DNA from: Raillietiella orientalis
Lineage: Eukaryota
NCBI GenBank assembly: GCA_036172245.1
Contig: JAYWIR010000061.1
Location: 186,001-250,000 of the forward strand
DNA: 64,000 nucleotides
Direction: 5' to 3'
Part shown: piece by piece, positions 23,601 to 64,000 of the stretch
Position numbering within the stretch: position 1 is the first letter of the stretch
Layout: each line of letters begins with the position of its first letter
Position numbers and translations under genes: made by a program
Notes under the pieces: generated by a model
Told to the model about the DNA's origin: nothing
What the model saw: the letters and a program-made list of their open reading frames with translations, nothing else
Database searches by the model: none

Positions 23601-26600
23601 AAGGGCCATCGGAGAGTCCTCCTCGCGCTCGGGGAGTTCGGGGATCCGGATCCCCGGCCCGACTCACTCTGGAGCCCTGACTTCCATGTTCCAGCATCGC
23701 CATCGGAGGCGGCTTGCCCGGAGTGCTCAGGAGGCGCTTATGGAAAGACTGGTGCTCGCCTGGCTCGAGCGAGTAGCCTTCATCCTACCTGGTAACCCCC
23801 CCCTTCTTCTCCCCCTGCTTCTTGTAGGCTCGAGGTCAAAATCGTGGAGCCGCTTCCTCTCGCCGCTCACGAGAAACGGTGATGGCGGTGGCAGCAGACG
23901 GGGCGGGGATGGTGCAGAGATCCGTCATGATACGGAAGCATCCCGGGATCGGCGCCTGAAGCGCCACGTCTCCATGATGTCACGCCGCCGGTCGTCCACC
24001 ACCTGATGAGACAGATGGGTGTGGGGTGACCTAAGACACGGCCCGTGGAAGAAACTCGATGCCGCTGAGGTGACCTCCACTAGCTTCCTGCATCCTCCGG
24101 CCATCTGGAGGATATCAAGGCAATCTCGCATACAGGTCCGAGGACGAAGGTCAAGGGAAGGACACAGGTCCCTTGGCCCGCTCGAGCGGCTCGTCCGCAG
24201 CAGCAGCGGGCAGCTGCGAAGACACAGCTGTCCGCAGCACCACCTTGTCGGTGTAGAGGCGCGACCCGGACCCACGAAACAACTGTGAGCCCGTGCACCG
24301 CTTCTTTGGCGACACGTTCGGCCAGCTCGGAACAGCAGGAGAGCCGACAAGGCGCCACGGATTACCTCCTCAGAGTGGGAGGGAGCGATGCCGACCTATT
24401 TACGAGTGCCGGGGAAGAATCCAAAGTGAGAGCGGAGTCGTGCGCTTCGTGGACCTACGCGCGGGCGTGCGCACCGCAGTCCCGGAAGGGTCCAGAGCGC
24501 CCTCGCCCTCTCCACGGAGAAGCGCACTTCCGGCTGCGAGTCTCTTGCATGAGGCTTCGGAGGGTCCACCCCGCGTCTGCGGCGGCCTCAGCTCCGTTCC
24601 TGACACCCTGCAGCCACGGAGAAGGGAGAAGAGTAGGGAAGCGTCCCCGTTGGTATCCGGGACAACCGTCGACTCGAAGGGCGTCTCCTTCCATGAGGCA
24701 TACGGTAGCGTTGGTCAGATCTGGAGGGAGTCCAGGGCGCCAGCGTGAAAGAGACGCGGAGACAAGGAATTGGCCATGGGTCTTCCTTCCCGAGCAAGGA
24801 TTCGAACATCTCACCGAAAGAACTTCGGTCACGGACCCCTCCCGGCTTCGCGGAGGTCCAAGAAGCTCCTTCACAGGCAGAAGCGGCCGCTGCCACCGCC
24901 GCGGGCATGGAGCGCGACCAGCGGCGAACCGAAGCGGGAAGAGGAGGGTGAGAGGAGGGGTGAGAGAGTACCCTAATACCGAATCTTAGAGCTGAATAGG
25001 GAAGGGGTACTGGAGGGAGGGGACAGGGAAATGAACCGCGTAGTTGAGCAAGACGAGGAAGGGTTTCTCGTCGGCTTCGGAGCCTTGAGAAGCTGCGAGG
25101 GCGTATTCTCGCTCGTCCATCGGGAGCACCAGAAGTAGTAGCGGGCCCCCCTCGTTCCCTATGGAGATGGGTAAGGAGCTTCCCCGCGTCCTTCTTCAAG
25201 CGGTGAGAGTGGCGAAGAAACGCTGAGAGCATGGAACGACTTTCAGAGGTCCGCAGGACCGGAGAAAAAAAAAACGAAAAAAAAAACGGGGGGGTCACGG
25301 GTAAGGACCAACAGTTGGGGGAGCCCCCGACGTCACCTCTGTTTCAAGAGCGGGAGGGAGCGGTGAAGCATGGGCGTCTGTCTTCCTTCGAGGCTCGGAA
25401 AATGCCTGACAATCCGCTCTCGAGGAGCGGCAGGGCAGTTCAGAGCAAAGCCGGCAGATGGAAGTGCGCGTGATTCCTTGCAGGCTGGGAGGAGGCATCA
25501 CGGACGACCCTGAGCTCGGGCGAAAGACGCTGCCTGCCTCCAACTCTTTGCAAGACCGATGGAGGAAGGATCCGGAATCGATGATGGGCAGTAGGCAAGA
25601 TGTCACCTACTGCAAACATTTGAAGCCGAAAATTCGAACGGCGCGTGCAATGTCGGCTGAGCTCCCCGGAACCCTGCAGGACGGAAGCCGCAGGAGCCCT
25701 CTGGGATAAACCCGGGACGGACCCGTCTTCCTTGCAGCTCTCCAGCAGGGGCGCCGCAAGAGAGGGAATCAGAGTGGGTATGTGTTTGTGGAGGGGGGGG
25801 TAGAGTGGGGAGCTAACGAGGGGGCAAGCGAGTCCTCTTTTTTCCTTGGCTTGCCTACCCAACAAAGGAGGCTGGAGGCTGACCCGTCGATGGCACCGAC
25901 ACTCCACATGCCCTGCAGAGCCGCGACGCTCACCCGCACCAGATGGGGAGGCCAGTGGGAATGGCAAGCCAGTGTTCTCGGTTCCTCGTTACCAGCGGAA
26001 CCTGAGGTCTGCGCGGGATAAAGAGCCCGGAGGTCGCCCAGGCGAAAGCTCCGGCTGTAGAAGAAGCGCGCGCACGCCCGTGCCAGCTGTTGCAGCTGAG
26101 CACTTAAGAGAGCGGTCATCTCCCTCCCGCTCACAAGACGCCAACGTGTTTTCCTGGCGCATGAGAGCGCAGCCACGATGATGCGAGGTTTGCTCCACAG
26201 CAAGCCGGTGCCATCGTCTTCCTGGAGCCTCTGGATTCCGATGTCCGGGGAGGCCGGAATCCAGGGAGACACGACTATAAGGGGGAGGGGAACGACCGGT
26301 CCAGCCGGGAGCCAAGCGTTTGCACAGAAGGAATCGCCTATTCGCCGGCATCCGAGAGGCTCTCTTCCCTTCCGAGATCCGGTGGTCGAGAGTCCTTCTG
26401 GAGCCTCCAGCGCTCCCCATCCGCCGGGGCGGCGCGCCAGAAAGCGGAGCTGCCCTCTCTTTCCGGGTGCTCCCTTGGCTCTCTGCCCTTTCCTCGTCCC
26501 GGCTCTCCCGAAGCACCCCGGGATGGCGAACCCGGGAAGAAAGGGAATTCCCGAACGCTCGAGGGAATCGCGGCGCCTGTCGCCTCGTCGGCGCTCGCTC

Positions 26601-26699
26601 TCAAGGGGAGCCGCTCCCGGCCTACCTGGAGAGAGGCCACAGAAGCACCTGCGGGCGACGGTGAAAAACCGACATGATATCGAATTCTCCTTGGGAAAA

Positions 26700-27760
26700 A
26701 ATTCTCCGCGATTTAAGGCGGTTGAATAAAAAAGATGGAGCACTTAAAAATGATGGAAGGAGAGGGTGGGAGAACAAAAGATAAAAACGAATCTGTAAGC
26801 CGAAAACGAAAAGGAGATAAAAATTCAACAAAAGATAAACATGCGAAAATGGAAGACGAATGCTCTGAACTTTAACTTGCAAAGCAGAATGTATTCAGCA
26901 ATTCTGTGCTTGACAACTGTGGAAAATAAGTTGGAAATGTACAAAAATTTGTAAATGAAAGGGAGGAAGAAATATTTCGAAATAAATAAGAGGAAGAATG
27001 GTATTTTATAACATAGGCATGAAAAAACGACAAATCACGAAGTTGAAATAAAAAAAAATGAAAAATCAAGCGCAAAGAATGCAGAAACAAAAACGAGAGA
27101 AACAAACAAACAAACAAAAGCAAGGTTCGGAAGCGAAAATAAAATAAAACCGACGGAGGAACACCAGAATGAAAATGAAAAGGAAAAAAAAATGCAAATT
27201 AAATACACAAACTGAAAAACACGAAAATCATGAAAACACAAAACCCAAAATGTAGAGAACATGGAGGATGGCGAAATGGACCTGCGGAATGAAGGGTTTA
27301 ACGCGCAAGCCGACGCAAAGATGGAAGAAAAATGGCGATTCACAAACCAACAATGGGAAGCGAAATTTCAAGATGGAGGACGAGTTCGAAGAGTCCGGCA
27401 GGCGGAAGGGAAAATGCACAGCCCCGAAAAAGGATAAAACAGCATACAGAAGAAAAAAGAACCCAAGGATTTCCATCGTCCTAGGTCAATAGTAACGATC
27501 TTCTCGTGGGGGTCGCTATTAACCTTATAAAAAAAAAAAAAACGATAACCGAAAAATGAAACATTCGGACGCTGGGCACCCCTGAGAAGAGCACACCCGA
27601 ACAAGGGGGGAAGCGCGAACACGCAATATCAGGATGAAGATTCGGGAACCTGAAAAAAAAAAAATCGGGAAGAAAGAGAAGGGAAAAACTTCCCAGAAAA
27701 TCATGAGGGGCAGGCGGGTAGGGGGAGGGGAGGGTAAGCATGTGGGAAGTTTCAATGCGT
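26700..27760. repeat. A-rich low-complexity segment with recurring AA(G/A)ATGG(A/C) words
   Basis: Abrupt composition change from GC-rich flanks; strong A skew on + strand. Confidence 0.6.
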
Positions 27761-28972
27761 TTATTCTAGAAATAACTTAATGGATATCCGGGGGAGCAGC
27801 AGCCACGCCTCCTGCATGCGTTTTCCCCGGAGGCGGGGGCCAAAAGAACTCGCAGGCATCTCAGGAGGGGTGGGCAATCGCTGCAGCCTCTGCTAGGCGA
27901 CCACGAGAGGTTCTCTCGTGGGAAGCGCCACCGCCACCGCCGCTGCCGCCGCCGCCATCGTGTGATGTTCCTTCCCGATGCTCAGAGGGTGGGGCACGTC
28001 GCGAGGGGGAGCACCCGTCGTCGTCAAAGCTTCGACTCCTTCTTCTCCTGGAAATGGGGAACGCGCTGCAGTCCCGCGCCGCTGGCTTCGCTGGACCGGC
28101 GCGCGCGCCATCTCGCCGCAAGCTACGAACGCTGGGGTGATCTCTGGGGTGGGGAATCGGAGGGGGGGGGGGGAAGGGAAGTAGGAACCGGCGATCCCTG
28201 GAAGCGGGGCTCCATAACCAACCCCGCCCCACCTGCAGCACTTCGGCCAGGATGCACCCGGGGTCCGACGGGGCGATGCTCGTCCGCACGTGGCGAGGAG
28301 GGCGCCGCCGCGATGCTCTCCCTCCCGTCGCTGCTGGCAACCGCTCCACGTCCTCCGCGCTGCCTCTGCTGCGCCAGGGCTCTCCAGCCCACGCGGTCGC
28401 GAGCCCTCGGGGCAGAGTCCTTGTGGCTCGCTTTCCGGTCGGGAACACCGACTAGCCGAGAGAGCAGCGCCGCTCACCGTTCCAGAGAGACGCGTCGGCG
28501 GTGGACGCCGCAGGCGCACCGGGGGGATGGGGGGGAGGTCGCGAGTAGCTGCTTTTTCGAGTCGATAGAAATCCGAACGATCATACAAAATAAAAATACA
28601 TGCTTATTCGAGATGGATCAACGTACAGATTTACTTTAACTCATAATGCTCATTCATATAGTTAACATTGGAACATACATTTTATTGGTATAATTGAAGA
28701 GTTATTGACTATATTATTGATATTTATATGAAGGACTATGAAAAGTAAATATACATGCTTATTCTACATAGCTTAATATACAAATTTATTGGAACAGTAC
28801 ATAGCTGTTCATATTTATCAACAGTAATATTATTGGAGCAAATACATTCACTAAGATTCAGTGACATGCATTTTATCAATATGATTCATAAGCTGCTGAT
28901 TAAATTAGTGATATTTATATGAAGGCTTATAAAACATGTACAGACATTCATGCTTATTATTTACATCAATAT

Positions 28973-63502
<34,530 letters not shown>

Positions 63503-64000
63503 GGTCCAGCCGGCGCAGAGGCTGCGCAGACCACGATCTCCGCCGGAGACGTCGTGACGACGACGACGACGCGTGCGGAAAGTCGGCGGCGCACTGCGGC
63601 GGCGGCCGCTCCGTGCAGAAGAGGAGAAGGAGGAGGGGGAGGAGGAGGGGGAGGAAGGCGAAGGATCCCGCTGGCCACAACGGCGTCCTTCGCGCACGCC
63701 CGTCGCCGCGCAACGGGCAGAGATGCCGGTCTGCCGGAAGGAAGGAAGGGCTTCCCTTCGCCCAGCGGGGAGGGCGCCTCCGTGCGCCCGCGGACGTGCG
63801 AACGACGCGGACGCCGACCGGACGTGCCCCCGCGGCGGCGGCGACCGCCCCCGAAGGAAGACGGCGGGACGGCTTGACGCGGCGACGCGCGTGACGACGC
63901 CGCGCGGATACCCCCCGCGCAGCGCGATAGAGATCGGGACGTCCGGATTGCCCAACCCATGCCCACGCGAGCGTCGACGATAAGCGGCCGCCGCCCGCGA

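Overview
Eukaryotic, intron-rich genomic DNA, probably from an invertebrate or arthropod (inferred from gene structure and an invertebrate-code mitochondrial fragment); nothing prokaryotic is evident. Recognisable genes: a dual-specificity phosphatase (+, 296-915, last exon not found), a 3-exon CRAL-TRIO/Sec14-like gene (-, 14734-16075) in an AT-rich island, and a ~35 kb PDE3 cyclic-nucleotide phosphodiesterase (-, 63502 to ~29000; 13 phase-consistent exons plus an uncertain terminal exon). Most notable: the 3' end of PDE3 has been copied back into its own introns at least twice. One copy is an intron-less (spliced) sense retrocopy at ~40420-41236. The other is an antisense copy at ~32741-33470, ~93% identical to the penultimate coding exon; together with a sense fragment at ~30700-31400 it has the geometry of a twin-primed retroinsertion. 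Also present: an ATP6 NUMT in a PDE3 intron, three copies of a long tRNA-headed SINE-like element with an internal ~40-bp repeat, an AT-rich TIR element, a probably decayed minus-strand gene, a candidate orphan gene, 41-44 nt introns and several long near-perfect hairpins, one burying a splice donor. All alignments were done by eye; ends of diverged copies are approximate.
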